The notes under the pieces: model-generated | Told to the model about the DNA's origin: nothing | Seen by the model: the letters and a program-made list of their open reading frames with translations, nothing else | The model's database searches: none | Position numbers and translations under genes: made by a program | NCBI GenBank assembly: GCA_037076615.1 | Contig: AP029158.1 | Location: 133,470 to 197,469 of the forward strand | Direction of reading: 5' to 3' | From: Candidatus Parcubacteria bacterium | GTDB taxonomy: Bacteria; Patescibacteriota; Patescibacteriia; Patescibacteriales; UBA12465 | Length of the DNA stretch: 64,000 bases | Shown here: in pieces, positions 8,239 through 17,906 of the stretch | Numbering within the stretch: the stretch's first letter is position 1 | Layout: the number at the start of each line of letters is the position of its first letter

Positions 8239-10035
8239 ATGTCTCTAGATAAATCCCAGTTTGTTACGCCAACACAACTAGCAAAAATGCTAGGTATTAC
8301 TCGTATTGCAATTCATCAAAAAATCAAAAAAGGTGAAATAAAAGCGGAAAATATTGGTGACCCTTCGAAGCCAACTTATGTTATACCTAAGTCTTCATTG
8401 TCTAAAGAGATTCAAGATCGCATACAGGTAGAACAAAAAAAGGCAACTGAGAGTATAGTTGGTAAGGACGTACAGCACCATGATTTAAATTTTGAAAAAG
8501 AGCTTTGGGCAGCAGCAGATAAACTTCGTGGAAATATTGATGTTTCTGAATACAAGAATATTGTTCTTGGTCTTTTATTTTTGAAATATATATCTGATGC
8601 TTTTTATACTCGCCGCAAAGAACTTGAAAGTCTTACTCGTGATAAAAATAATGAAAATTTTTATGTAGAAGATGATAAGGCTCGAGCACAAATCCTTGAA
8701 ACTAAAGATTTTTATAAAAGTGCTGGTGTATTTTATGTTCCTGAAAAATCAAGATGGGAATACTTGCAAACAAAAACCATGCAATCTGATATTGGTCAGG
8801 TGCTGGATAAGGCAATGGATTATATTGAAGAAGATAATCGAGTCGAACTTGAAGGCGTTCTTCCAAAAATTTATACACGTACAACCCTTGATTATTCTGT
8901 TATCGGTGAGCTTGTAAATATCTTTTCTCGTATTTCATTTGATCATAATTTTGATCGTGAAAAAGATATTCTTGGTCGTATCTACGAATACTTCCTTGGT
9001 CAGTTTGCGTCATCTGAAGGAAAACGTGGGGGCGAATTTTTTACTCCTCGATCGATTGTTAAATTACTCGTAGAAATTCTTGAGCCTTATGAAAATGCTC
9101 GCGTACTAGATCCAGCCTGCGGTAGCGGGGGGATGTTTGTGGCTATGGGTGAATATCTTCGTAACCATGGACAAGATTCATCAAAACTTGCTATCAACGG
9201 TCAAGAAAGTAATCAGACTACGCTTCGCCTCGCAAAGATGAATCTCGCTATTCGTGGACTTTCAGGAAAGATTGAATTAGGAAACACTTATTATCAAGAC
9301 AAATTTCCACATCTGCAGGCAGACTTCGTGATTGCAAATCCACCTTTTAACGGAGAATGGGAGCCGTCAAAACTTTCGGATAATGATCCGCGCATAACAC
9401 TCGGCACTCCACCAAGCGGAAACGCAAACTTTATGTGGGTGCAACATTTTGCACACCATCTTGCGCCAAATGGTTTGGCAGGATTTGTTATGCCAAATGG
9501 AGCACTTGCCGTATCAGGAAAAGAAGGAGAGCTTCGCAAAAAGCTTATTGAGGAAGATTTGGTTGAAGTGATTATTTCTTGCCCATCAAAGCTTTTCTAT
9601 AACGTATCACTTCCTGTTTCTCTTTGGTTTTTAGCAAAGAATAAAAAAGGTGATCGTTTTAGAAATCGTTCGGGCGAAACATTATTTATCGATGCTAGAG
9701 ATACATTTGAACAAATTTCTCGTAAGCAGGTTGTGTTTAACCCAGAACATATTGAGAAAATTTCAAATACTGTTCGTGCGTGGCGTGGAGAAAAAGATGC
9801 AGGCACATACGAAGATGTATCCGGATTCTGCAAGTCTGCATCTCTAGAAGAAATAAAGAAAAATGGATACGTTCTTACTCCTGGTCGTTATGTTGGCTTG
9901 GCTGATGTAGAAGACGATGGAATTTCTTTTGAAGAAAAAATGGAAAAACTTTCATCTGAATTGCGAGTGGCATTTGCAAAAGGTCGAGATTTGGAAAAAG
10001 AGATTGAGAAAAATCTTAAGGAACTCGGATTTTAA
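8239..10035 (+). CDS. hsdM: Type I restriction-modification methyltransferase subunit M with an N-terminal excisionase-type HTH extension
   Basis: HsdM_N-like LWAAADKLRGN..LGLLFLKYISD, motif I LDPACGSGGMF and motif IV ANPPFN. The first ~85 aa contain TPTQLAKMLGITRIAIHQKIKKGEI. Confidence 0.9.
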   Translation: MSLDKSQFVTPTQLAKMLGITRIAIHQKIKKGEIKAENIGDPSKPTYVIPKSSLSKEIQDRIQVEQKKATESIVGKDVQHHDLNFEKELWAAADKLRGNIDVSEYKNIVLGLLFLKYISDAFYTRRKELESLTRDKNNENFYVEDDKARAQILETKDFYKSAGVFYVPEKSRWEYLQTKTMQSDIGQVLDKAMDYIEEDNRVELEGVLPKIYTRTTLDYSVIGELVNIFSRISFDHNFDREKDILGRIYEYFLGQFASSEGKRGGEFFTPRSIVKLLVEILEPYENARVLDPACGSGGMFVAMGEYLRNHGQDSSKLAINGQESNQTTLRLAKMNLAIRGLSGKIELGNTYYQDKFPHLQADFVIANPPFNGEWEPSKLSDNDPRITLGTPPSGNANFMWVQHFAHHLAPNGLAGFVMPNGALAVSGKEGELRKKLIEEDLVEVIISCPSKLFYNVSLPVSLWFLAKNKKGDRFRNRSGETLFIDARDTFEQISRKQVVFNPEHIEKISNTVRAWRGEKDAGTYEDVSGFCKSASLEEIKKNGYVLTPGRYVGLADVEDDGISFEEKMEKLSSELRVAFAKGRDLEKEIEKNLKELGF

Positions 10036-10038
10036 TAT

Positions 10039-11151
10039 ATGAGTAAATTATTAGAACAAATAAATAGTGAACTTGAAACAAAGGAGACCGTGCCCTTGGC
10101 TAATCTTATGTCTCAAATTACCTCCAAGGTAAATAAAATACAGAAGTCTGACTACCTTAAGTTTGGCCTAGTGCCCATTTATGATCAGGGAGATAATGAT
10201 GTGTCGGGTTATTCTAATGATGTAAGTAATGCATATAATGGAAAGCTACCCGTTGTAATCTTTGGAGATCATACACTTAGATTGAAGAGAATCTCGTCGC
10301 CCTTCTTTTTAGGAGCAGACGGTAATCAACTTATTGAGCCTCTAGATGAGAATATTTTAGATAGGAATTATTTTTACTACCTACTTCTTTCTAAAAAACC
10401 AAGAAGTTATGGTTATGAAAGACATTTCAAATATTTAAAAGAAGTTGAGGTAAAAGTACCCAATCTTCCAACGCAAAAGAAAATAGCTGAAATTTTGAGT
10501 GCATATGATGCAAAAATTGAGAATAATAATCTAATTATCAAGAAACTTGAAGCAACCGCTCAAACATTGTTTGACGAGTGGTTTGTGAATTTTAAATTCC
10601 CTGGGTATGAGAAGGTTAAATTTGTTGATAGTGAAATGGGAGAAATTCCTGATGGATGGAATATAAAAAATGTGCTCGATGTAATCGAAAGAATTTCCCC
10701 TGGTAAGAAATACGATAATAAATCCGCATCACCTAGCGGCAGAGTTCCAATTCTTGATCAAGGAGCTTCTGGCTTTATTGGTTATCATGATGACGAACCT
10801 GGTGTTATTGCAAGCATTAATAACCCCGTTGTTATTTTCACTAACCATACTTGTTATTATCGTATTCTTACTGAGCCGTTTTCATGTATTCAAAATGTGC
10901 TTCCTTACGTTGGTAAAAACGGATATGACACATTCTTTGTGTATTTTCTCACAAAAGAAAAGATAAAAATGTCTGAGTACAAAGGTCACTGGCCAGAGTT
11001 TGAACAACAAGTTTTTGTTATGCCCATTCCAGAAATTGCTAATCAATTCTCGAAGATGGCAAAAGTATTTATTGAAAAAATTGTTTCTTGCGAAAAAGAA
11101 AATGTTTCCTTGAAATCTCAGCGGGATCTATTATTAGCTAAATTAATTTAA
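10039..11151 (+). CDS. hsdS: Type I R-M specificity subunit S
   Basis: Two variable halves are separated by a conserved helical spacer LPTQKKIAEILSAYDAKIENNNLIIKKLEATAQTLFDEWFV. There is a C-terminal helix SLKSQRDLLLAKLI. The gene starts 3 nt after hsdM. Confidence 0.8.
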   Translation: MSKLLEQINSELETKETVPLANLMSQITSKVNKIQKSDYLKFGLVPIYDQGDNDVSGYSNDVSNAYNGKLPVVIFGDHTLRLKRISSPFFLGADGNQLIEPLDENILDRNYFYYLLLSKKPRSYGYERHFKYLKEVEVKVPNLPTQKKIAEILSAYDAKIENNNLIIKKLEATAQTLFDEWFVNFKFPGYEKVKFVDSEMGEIPDGWNIKNVLDVIERISPGKKYDNKSASPSGRVPILDQGASGFIGYHDDEPGVIASINNPVVIFTNHTCYYRILTEPFSCIQNVLPYVGKNGYDTFFVYFLTKEKIKMSEYKGHWPEFEQQVFVMPIPEIANQFSKMAKVFIEKIVSCEKENVSLKSQRDLLLAKLI

Positions 11152-11154
11152 TAT

Positions 11155-12003
11155 ATGGATCCATTGATAACAAAAGAATTAGTAGAGCTTGGCTCACAGA
11201 CAGCATCAAAACCAGTCGCTAGTTTTTCAGAATTAATAGCTTTAAAGTTCTTTGGTAAATCAATAGCAAAACTTAAAGCAGAAGCGGAAGTTGAAGGAGA
11301 CAAAGTATTGTCTAGATGGGAGGAGGTTGAGAAACCTCTCTGGCTTCAAGCAGAAGCCGTAAAGATGAATAGACAATATGATAATTTTGGAAATACACTC
11401 AAGAAAGCATCAAAATACATTACAGAGGAAAATACCATCTCAAATGAAAATGATTTATTTTGGGGGTTATTAGAGCATTCAAAGGAAATTACCAATGAAG
11501 ATGTTCAAGATCTAATTGCAAAGATTATAGCTGGTGAGTACAATGCACCTGAAACATACTCAATGAGTACTCTTCAGATCTTGAAATCTTTAGGTAAAAA
11601 AGATTTAGAAAAATTTACATTTTTTGCAAGTTTTTACTTGCCAGAGCATGGTTTTTTCAAAGACTTTTTTAATATGCAGGAATCCTCTCTATTGGTACGC
11701 ACTAAACTAGGGATTAATTATGCAGACTTTTTAGAATTACAAAATCTCGGCCTGATTCAAAGTGGAGAATATACAATCTCAGTTTCGGTTAAAAAAGATG
11801 CTATATTTTCCTTGGATTATTATGGGGATAGGTTTTTATTCAAAGCTACTAAAGACTTCGATAAATGGAATTTCCCAGAGTGTTACGCATTAACTAAGGC
11901 AGGAAAAGAAATCCTTCAGCATTTAAATATAAGTAAATCTAGCGATTTTAAAGAGTGGTTAGTTGAAGATTTAAAGACTAAAGGTTTTGAACCACAAAAT
12001 TAG
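11155..12003 (+). CDS. Unknown protein embedded between hsdS and hsdR (possibly DUF2806/Abi-alpha-like; from memory only)
   Basis: 282-aa ORF with 3-nt and 5-nt junctions to its neighbours. The segment DLIAKIIAGEYNAPETYSMSTLQILKSLGKKDLEKFTFF resembles DUF2806-type proteins as I recall them. Confidence 0.45.
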   Translation: MDPLITKELVELGSQTASKPVASFSELIALKFFGKSIAKLKAEAEVEGDKVLSRWEEVEKPLWLQAEAVKMNRQYDNFGNTLKKASKYITEENTISNENDLFWGLLEHSKEITNEDVQDLIAKIIAGEYNAPETYSMSTLQILKSLGKKDLEKFTFFASFYLPEHGFFKDFFNMQESSLLVRTKLGINYADFLELQNLGLIQSGEYTISVSVKKDAIFSLDYYGDRFLFKATKDFDKWNFPECYALTKAGKEILQHLNISKSSDFKEWLVEDLKTKGFEPQN

Positions 12004-12008
12004 ATAAT

Positions 12009-15000
12009 ATGAACACATTAAACGAAAACAACCTAACAGAACAATCACTTATCGAATGGTTACAAGGTCAGGGTTATGAGTATGTGTATGGCCCAGCCAT
12101 GGCACCGAATCAACCTAACGCCGAGCGTGAGGATTTTCGAAGTGTTGTACTCAAGAATAGACTTATTACTTCTGTACGTCGTTTTAATCCACAACTTCCA
12201 GTTCAACAAGCAGAGCAAGTTGTAGATGATATTGCCTTATATCACAACGCTGATGCAATGCTTGGCAACAAAGAAATGTTTACTCTCATTACTGAAGGAG
12301 TGAAAAAGACATGGCAAGAAGACGGTATAGAAAAAACAGAAGTTGTCAAACTTATTGATTTTGAAAATGCAGAAGCAAATGATTTCTTAATAACGAATCA
12401 ATTTACCGTTCAGGGCGTAGAGAATGTTTGTCGTCTTGATGGAGTAGTTTTTGTGAACGGTATTCCGCTTTCAGTATTAGAGCTCAAGAGTCCTGTGCGT
12501 GAAAAAGCAACAATCGGCCAAGCTTATCGAGATATGGAATACTACAAAAAAGAGATTCCAAAGATGTTTTTGTATAACCAAGTGCTTTGTCTTAGCGATC
12601 TTACCGAAGCGAAACACGGAACAATTTCTTCTTCTTGGGAATGGTATGGAACATGGAAAGGAGTCAACTCAGAAGGAGATGCTCCGAGTGGTGCGACTGA
12701 ACTCGAGGTGCTTGCAAAAGGTCTTTTTAATAAAAAACGGTTTCTTGATCTCATTTACAACTTCATAGTTTTTGAAGCTGATGGTGATGGTGATGCGGTT
12801 ACGTACACAAAGAAGATGGCTTTATACCATCAATACTATGGTGTAAATAAAACTATTGATAGCACTGTTCGTTCGGTGAGTGGTGAACAAGATCGAAAAA
12901 TCGGCGTTTTTTGGCACACACAGGGATCTGGAAAGTCACTCTCTATGGTATTTTATGTGAACAAAACAAAACGCATTCCAGAATTAAAAAGTCCTGCATA
13001 TGTATTTTTAACTGATCGTGAAGATTTGGACGATCAACTCTTCAAGACATTTAGTCGTACAGGATACGGCACTCTTGCCAAGCGGGCATCGAGTATTAAG
13101 GATCTGAAGGGCAAACTTACTCATCTTGGAAGTGAACTTATTTTCACCACTATTCAAAAATTTCAAGATGACCCTGATGCAAATAATGTTTTAAGTGACA
13201 GAGAAAACATCATTGTTCTTACTGACGAGGCGCATCGAACTCAGTACAGCATGCTTGCTGGTAATGCGAGACAAGCTTTGCCTAATGCGAGTTTTTTAGG
13301 TGTGACAGGAACTCCGCTTTCAAATCATGATAAAAACACAATGCGTGTTTTCGGTGACATCATAAGTTCATACAAAATTGGGCAAGCTGTGAAAGATAAA
13401 GCAACCGTTCCTATTTACTATGAAGGTCGCTTAATCCCACTTCATTTAGCTGATAAATTTATAGACAGTAAACTCGATGAAATTCTTGGGGAAATTGTGG
13501 TTGATGAAAAAGTAAAAGCCCGCAGGGAATGGGCAGTTCTTGAAGAAGTTGTGGGCGCACCAAGTCGTATTGAACAAATCGCCAAAGATGTCGTTTCTCA
13601 CTTTAATAATCGACCGATTGAAGGAAAAGCAATGGTGGTTACAATGAGCCGATCTATTGCAGTTGCGATGTATAACGCAATAAAGAATATTGAAGGAGCG
13701 CCTGAGTGCGCCGTCATTATTTCTGGAATGGATGATTTCCCAGAGCAGATTCAAGGTGAGCATGATGTGAAAAAACTCGAGAAGAGATTTAAGAAATCAA
13801 ACGACGCACTTCGACTGGTTATCGTTTGTGATATGTGGCTCACTGGTTTTGACGTGCCTAATATGCATACAATGTATCTTGATAAGCCACTCAAGAATCA
13901 TGGGCTTATGCAGGCGATTGCTCGCGTGAATCGTGTTTATAAAGATAAGCCAGGTGGATTGATTGTTGACTATATTGGTATTGCTGAGAATTTAAAAAAA
14001 GCTCTTGCTATATATGACACAGATGTTCAAAAAGAAGCAATGATTCCGCTTGATGACGTTATTGCGGAAATGAACATCCTCCACAGAGAGGTGTCTTTAT
14101 ATTTTTCAAATATAGATTTTTCGGGATGGAGAAATAAAAAAGGTATTGAATTAGTTGAATTATTTCAATCATCAATGAATGAGGTTATTTCAAAAGATGG
14201 CATCCTGTCTGATGACAGGAAAATGGTATATATAGGGCTTGTGTCTAAACTTTCAAGTCTCCACGCTCTTGTAATGCCAGGTGAGGAAGCGATGAAGATT
14301 GCAACTGATATTCAGTTCTTTCAATCTATTCGTGAGGCGATAAATAAACAAACTGTAATACCTCATATTATCTTTCCTGAAGCTACAGAGAGCGCTATTC
14401 GCAGTCTTGTTCAAGATTCTGTACAAGCAGAAGGCGTTATTGATTTGTTTACTAAAGAAGGCGAAGAAGGAAAAAGTATTTCTATTTTTGACGAGCGCTT
14501 TTCGGAAGAGATTAAGAAGGTTAAATATCAAAACCTTGCTATCGACACTATTCGTAAGATGCTAGATAAAGAAATTAGCGTGCGTTCTCGAACGAATAAG
14601 GCTCGTTATGAAACGATGCTTACACTACTCACGGAACTTATTGAGAAATACGAAAATAATGTTATTAACTCTTCAGAAATTATAAAACATTTGCTTGAAA
14701 TCGCAGATGAAATAAAAAAGCTAGATGCAGAAAGCGAAGAACTGGGATTGTCTGAAGAAGAGATTGTTTTTTATGACACGCTTTCATCTGACCCAGACCT
14801 TAAAAAGGCTGGATTAGACATTAAGGATTTTGTGCAAGAACTCACCAAAAGAATTCGCCGAGATATTTCGATTGATTGGATTAATAACGAAACTATTAAA
14901 GCAAGAATCAGGCAAAACGTCAGACTCCTTTTAATTCAGAAAGGAATTGTTGAAGAGAAGCAAACGGAAAAAATAGTTAATATAATATTTCTAGAAACAG

Positions 15001-15032
15001 CTAGAGTTTTTAGAGAGTATGTACCATCCTAA
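12009..15032 (+). CDS. hsdR: Type I restriction endonuclease subunit R
   Basis: Walker A HTQGSGKS, DEAH box LTDEAHRTQ, motif VI QAIARVNR and a long helical C-terminal domain. Confidence 0.9.
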   Translation: MNTLNENNLTEQSLIEWLQGQGYEYVYGPAMAPNQPNAEREDFRSVVLKNRLITSVRRFNPQLPVQQAEQVVDDIALYHNADAMLGNKEMFTLITEGVKKTWQEDGIEKTEVVKLIDFENAEANDFLITNQFTVQGVENVCRLDGVVFVNGIPLSVLELKSPVREKATIGQAYRDMEYYKKEIPKMFLYNQVLCLSDLTEAKHGTISSSWEWYGTWKGVNSEGDAPSGATELEVLAKGLFNKKRFLDLIYNFIVFEADGDGDAVTYTKKMALYHQYYGVNKTIDSTVRSVSGEQDRKIGVFWHTQGSGKSLSMVFYVNKTKRIPELKSPAYVFLTDREDLDDQLFKTFSRTGYGTLAKRASSIKDLKGKLTHLGSELIFTTIQKFQDDPDANNVLSDRENIIVLTDEAHRTQYSMLAGNARQALPNASFLGVTGTPLSNHDKNTMRVFGDIISSYKIGQAVKDKATVPIYYEGRLIPLHLADKFIDSKLDEILGEIVVDEKVKARREWAVLEEVVGAPSRIEQIAKDVVSHFNNRPIEGKAMVVTMSRSIAVAMYNAIKNIEGAPECAVIISGMDDFPEQIQGEHDVKKLEKRFKKSNDALRLVIVCDMWLTGFDVPNMHTMYLDKPLKNHGLMQAIARVNRVYKDKPGGLIVDYIGIAENLKKALAIYDTDVQKEAMIPLDDVIAEMNILHREVSLYFSNIDFSGWRNKKGIELVELFQSSMNEVISKDGILSDDRKMVYIGLVSKLSSLHALVMPGEEAMKIATDIQFFQSIREAINKQTVIPHIIFPEATESAIRSLVQDSVQAEGVIDLFTKEGEEGKSISIFDERFSEEIKKVKYQNLAIDTIRKMLDKEISVRSRTNKARYETMLTLLTELIEKYENNVINSSEIIKHLLEIADEIKKLDAESEELGLSEEEIVFYDTLSSDPDLKKAGLDIKDFVQELTKRIRRDISIDWINNETIKARIRQNVRLLLIQKGIVEEKQTEKIVNIIFLETARVFREYVPS

Positions 15033-15035
15033 AAT

Positions 15036-15977
15036 ATGATTAAAAAAATACTTTCAATTGATGGTGGTGGGATAAAAGGGGTTTTTCCTCTGTCTTTTTT
15101 AAGCACAATTGAAGAGGTGACTGGCAAAAAAATATCAGATTATTTCGATCTTATTGTTGGTACTTCAACTGGTGGTATTATTGCACTTGGCATTGGCGCT
15201 GGCTTTTCCGCAAAGGAACTATTAGAATTTTATGAAAAACTAGGCCCAGATGTGTTTGTTGGCAATAGGTATATTAAATTTTTAAGAAGCATGGGGGTAT
15301 CGAAATATAGCAATAAAGCATTAAAGAATTCCTTATTTGAAAAGTTTGGAGATAAAAAACTTGGTGAAAGCAAGAATAGACTTGTAATTCCTAGTTTAAA
15401 TCTTGAAAATGGAGAGGTTCATGTATATAAAACCGCTCATCATGAAAGATTCCAAAGAGATTATAAAGAAAATATTGTTGACATAGCCCTGGCGACATCA
15501 GCGGCTCCGACATATTTTCCGACTCATACTTCAGTTTCAGGCACCCCCTTGGTTGACGGTGGGTTATGGGCAAACAATCCAGCTGGCCTTGCTGTTGTCG
15601 AGGCGATAGGCATTCTTGAATGGCCTCGTGATCAATTAAAAGTGCTAAGTATAGGATGCACAGATGAGCCATTAAATATTAAGAGGGCACGCAATCACCC
15701 AGCAGGTTTATTTTATTGGGGAACAAGAATAGTTAAGTTGTTTATGTCGGCTCAATCCTCCGCTTCTTACGGAACCGCTCAATTGCTCGCAGGCCATTCC
15801 AATATTACAAGGATTAATCCTGTTGTCTCAAGTGGAAAATTTGGATTAGACGTTGTTAAAGAAATTAAATCACTTAAGGGGCTGGGAGAAACTGAGGCAC
15901 GCAAAGCTCTGCCAAATATTGAATTATTTTTTACTGACAAAGTTGACCCTTTTATTCCTAAACATCAATTACTATGA
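15036..15977 (+). CDS. Patatin-like phospholipase (CapV-like CBASS effector candidate)
   Basis: Oxyanion motif DGGGIKG, nucleophile elbow GTSTGG and catalytic Asp VDGGLWANNP. Confidence 0.85.
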   Translation: MIKKILSIDGGGIKGVFPLSFLSTIEEVTGKKISDYFDLIVGTSTGGIIALGIGAGFSAKELLEFYEKLGPDVFVGNRYIKFLRSMGVSKYSNKALKNSLFEKFGDKKLGESKNRLVIPSLNLENGEVHVYKTAHHERFQRDYKENIVDIALATSAAPTYFPTHTSVSGTPLVDGGLWANNPAGLAVVEAIGILEWPRDQLKVLSIGCTDEPLNIKRARNHPAGLFYWGTRIVKLFMSAQSSASYGTAQLLAGHSNITRINPVVSSGKFGLDVVKEIKSLKGLGETEARKALPNIELFFTDKVDPFIPKHQLL

Positions 15978-17362
15978 AATTGGAATCATCATTTAATGAC
16001 TTTTTAGAAAATACCGTTAATCTTAATGGGACGCGATATCAAATTGCAAAATCTGGGATCGAAACCATGAAAAGTATTTTGCAAAATGATGAAATTTTTG
16101 GAGATAAATTTATCTCTATTAAACCGCAGGGTTCTTTTAGACAAGAAACTATTATTAAGCCAGTTCGTTGTGGTACGGATTTTGATGTAGACATTCTTTT
16201 TGAGGTGAAGGCGACAGCTGGATGGGAGTCCAAAGATTATTTAAATAAACTTTCTTCCCAATTTAAAAAACTAGATAGATATAAAGATAAAGTTGACACA
16301 AGAGGAAAATCACGCTGTGTTACTATAGATTATGAGAACGATTTCCATATCGATATTGTTCCCGCTATAAATATTAGCAATCAGTCACTTGTGATGAATA
16401 AAACTGAGAATAAATTTGAGTTAACAGATGGAGATGGTTATGCAGAATGGTTTTATCGTCAGGATAGTATTACTGGTAAAAAATATCTTAAGAAAATAGT
16501 TAGACTTTTAAAATACATTCGTGATTTTAAGCAAGAGTTTGATATAAAATCTGTTGCATTAACAACTTTTGTCGGCAATCAAGTACTGTCTAGCGATAAC
16601 CTTGTTGATCAATATCCTGACCTATCCACTTCTTTTGTTCTTTTGCTTAGTCGTTTAGATTTATATTTACAATCTAATGCGGTAATGCCAATTATTGTAA
16701 ATCCAGTTCTTCCATCTGAAAATTTTAATCGTCATTTAAAGCAAGATGACTATCTAAAATTTAGAGACGCAATACACAAATATTCTCAAATAGCTCTTGA
16801 CGCATATAATGATGTTGACGAGCATAGAAGTTTATCTAAGTGGCAAAAGATCTTTGGCGATTCGTTTACCGTTAAAGAAAATAGAAATTTATCAGTTTCA
16901 ATAAATGGATTACATTTGGCAAATTTTAGTCACAAACAAGAATTGGCAGATTTAAATATACCAATTATTGATACTTTTGCATCTGTGGAAATTAGAGCAG
17001 GCCTATATTGGGGAAAGGGTGACTATAAAATAGTAAATAGAAGATTTAAAGGGTCCTTTTCTACAAAAAACGAATTGCCCAGATTCCATTGGCTAAAATA
17101 TACTGCAATTACAAATTATAACAAACCCTATGATGTGTATTGGCAGGTTGTTAACACTGGAGCCAGTGCTCAAAGCCAAGGCGCTAAAGGTTTGAGGGGT
17201 GAAATTAAATTGGGTTCCAATGAACAATGGGAAAGAAGTTTATATACAGGTGTTCATTGGGTAGAGTGTTTTATTGTTGATATAGCTACAAACGCATGTG
17301 TGTGTCGTAGCGGACCATTTTATGTAGGCTTTCAGGAAAGAGTTGGTGATGTGTCCGATTAA
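15974..17362 (+). CDS. CD-NTase/SMODS-type nucleotidyltransferase with a C-terminal AGS-C-like sensor domain
   Basis: Pol-beta NTase signature QGSFRQET..(14 aa)..DFDVDILF plus a third acidic motif FHIDIVPA. ATGA overlap with the patatin gene. The C-terminal ~150 aa are non-NTase; the AGS-C call is from memory. Confidence 0.7.
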   Translation: MKLESSFNDFLENTVNLNGTRYQIAKSGIETMKSILQNDEIFGDKFISIKPQGSFRQETIIKPVRCGTDFDVDILFEVKATAGWESKDYLNKLSSQFKKLDRYKDKVDTRGKSRCVTIDYENDFHIDIVPAINISNQSLVMNKTENKFELTDGDGYAEWFYRQDSITGKKYLKKIVRLLKYIRDFKQEFDIKSVALTTFVGNQVLSSDNLVDQYPDLSTSFVLLLSRLDLYLQSNAVMPIIVNPVLPSENFNRHLKQDDYLKFRDAIHKYSQIALDAYNDVDEHRSLSKWQKIFGDSFTVKENRNLSVSINGLHLANFSHKQELADLNIPIIDTFASVEIRAGLYWGKGDYKIVNRRFKGSFSTKNELPRFHWLKYTAITNYNKPYDVYWQVVNTGASAQSQGAKGLRGEIKLGSNEQWERSLYTGVHWVECFIVDIATNACVCRSGPFYVGFQERVGDVSD

Positions 17363-17370
17363 TTAGTAAT

Positions 17371-17631
17371 ATGAGAAAATTTTATATAGACAACAGGATA
17401 GATTGGCTTAGTACCATATTTTATATTATAGGTATGCCATTTAGATTAATCGATTGGTTAATAAAAAAGATGTTCAAGTATTTAAAAATTATAATTTCAG
17501 ATATTTTCCACGGTGTATATAAAAAACTTATAGCTATTATTGTGTTTGTTATTGTAATTTTTATTATGCTTTATATTTCTAACCTTACTCATGTTCAGGA
17601 GTTAAAAAGTTTACCTTTAATTGTTAAGTAA
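17371..17631 (+). CDS. Small two-helix membrane protein (86 aa)
   Basis: Hydrophobic segments WLSTIFYIIGMPF and LIAIIVFVIVIFIMLYI. Starts 8 nt after the NTase gene. Confidence 0.45.
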   Translation: MRKFYIDNRIDWLSTIFYIIGMPFRLIDWLIKKMFKYLKIIISDIFHGVYKKLIAIIVFVIVIFIMLYISNLTHVQELKSLPLIVK

Positions 17632-17675
17632 ATAAAGGTCGAATAAAAAATACAAAAATTATTAACTAAAAATAT

Positions 17676-17888
17676 ATGGATAAGCCAAAGTATATTCGCA
17701 ATGCTGGCAAACCATGGACTCCTCAGGAAGAGAAAAAATTGTTTCAACTTGCTAAAGTCAATACTCCAACCAGAGTTATGGGTCTTGAGCTTGGAAGACC
17801 AGTAGGAGGAATTCAAAGCAAGGCTAGTCAATTAGGAATTAGTTTGAAGCCAACTAACCAATCCCCCTATAATCGCAAAACCAAATAG
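17676..17888 (+). CDS. Small SANT/Myb-like HTH protein (70 aa)
   Basis: KPWTPQEEKKLFQLAKVNTPTRVMGLELGRPVGGIQSKASQLGI resembles a single Myb-type repeat. Confidence 0.4.
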   Translation: MDKPKYIRNAGKPWTPQEEKKLFQLAKVNTPTRVMGLELGRPVGGIQSKASQLGISLKPTNQSPYNRKTK

Positions 17889-17906
17889 TAAATTTAATAG
17901 AAATTT

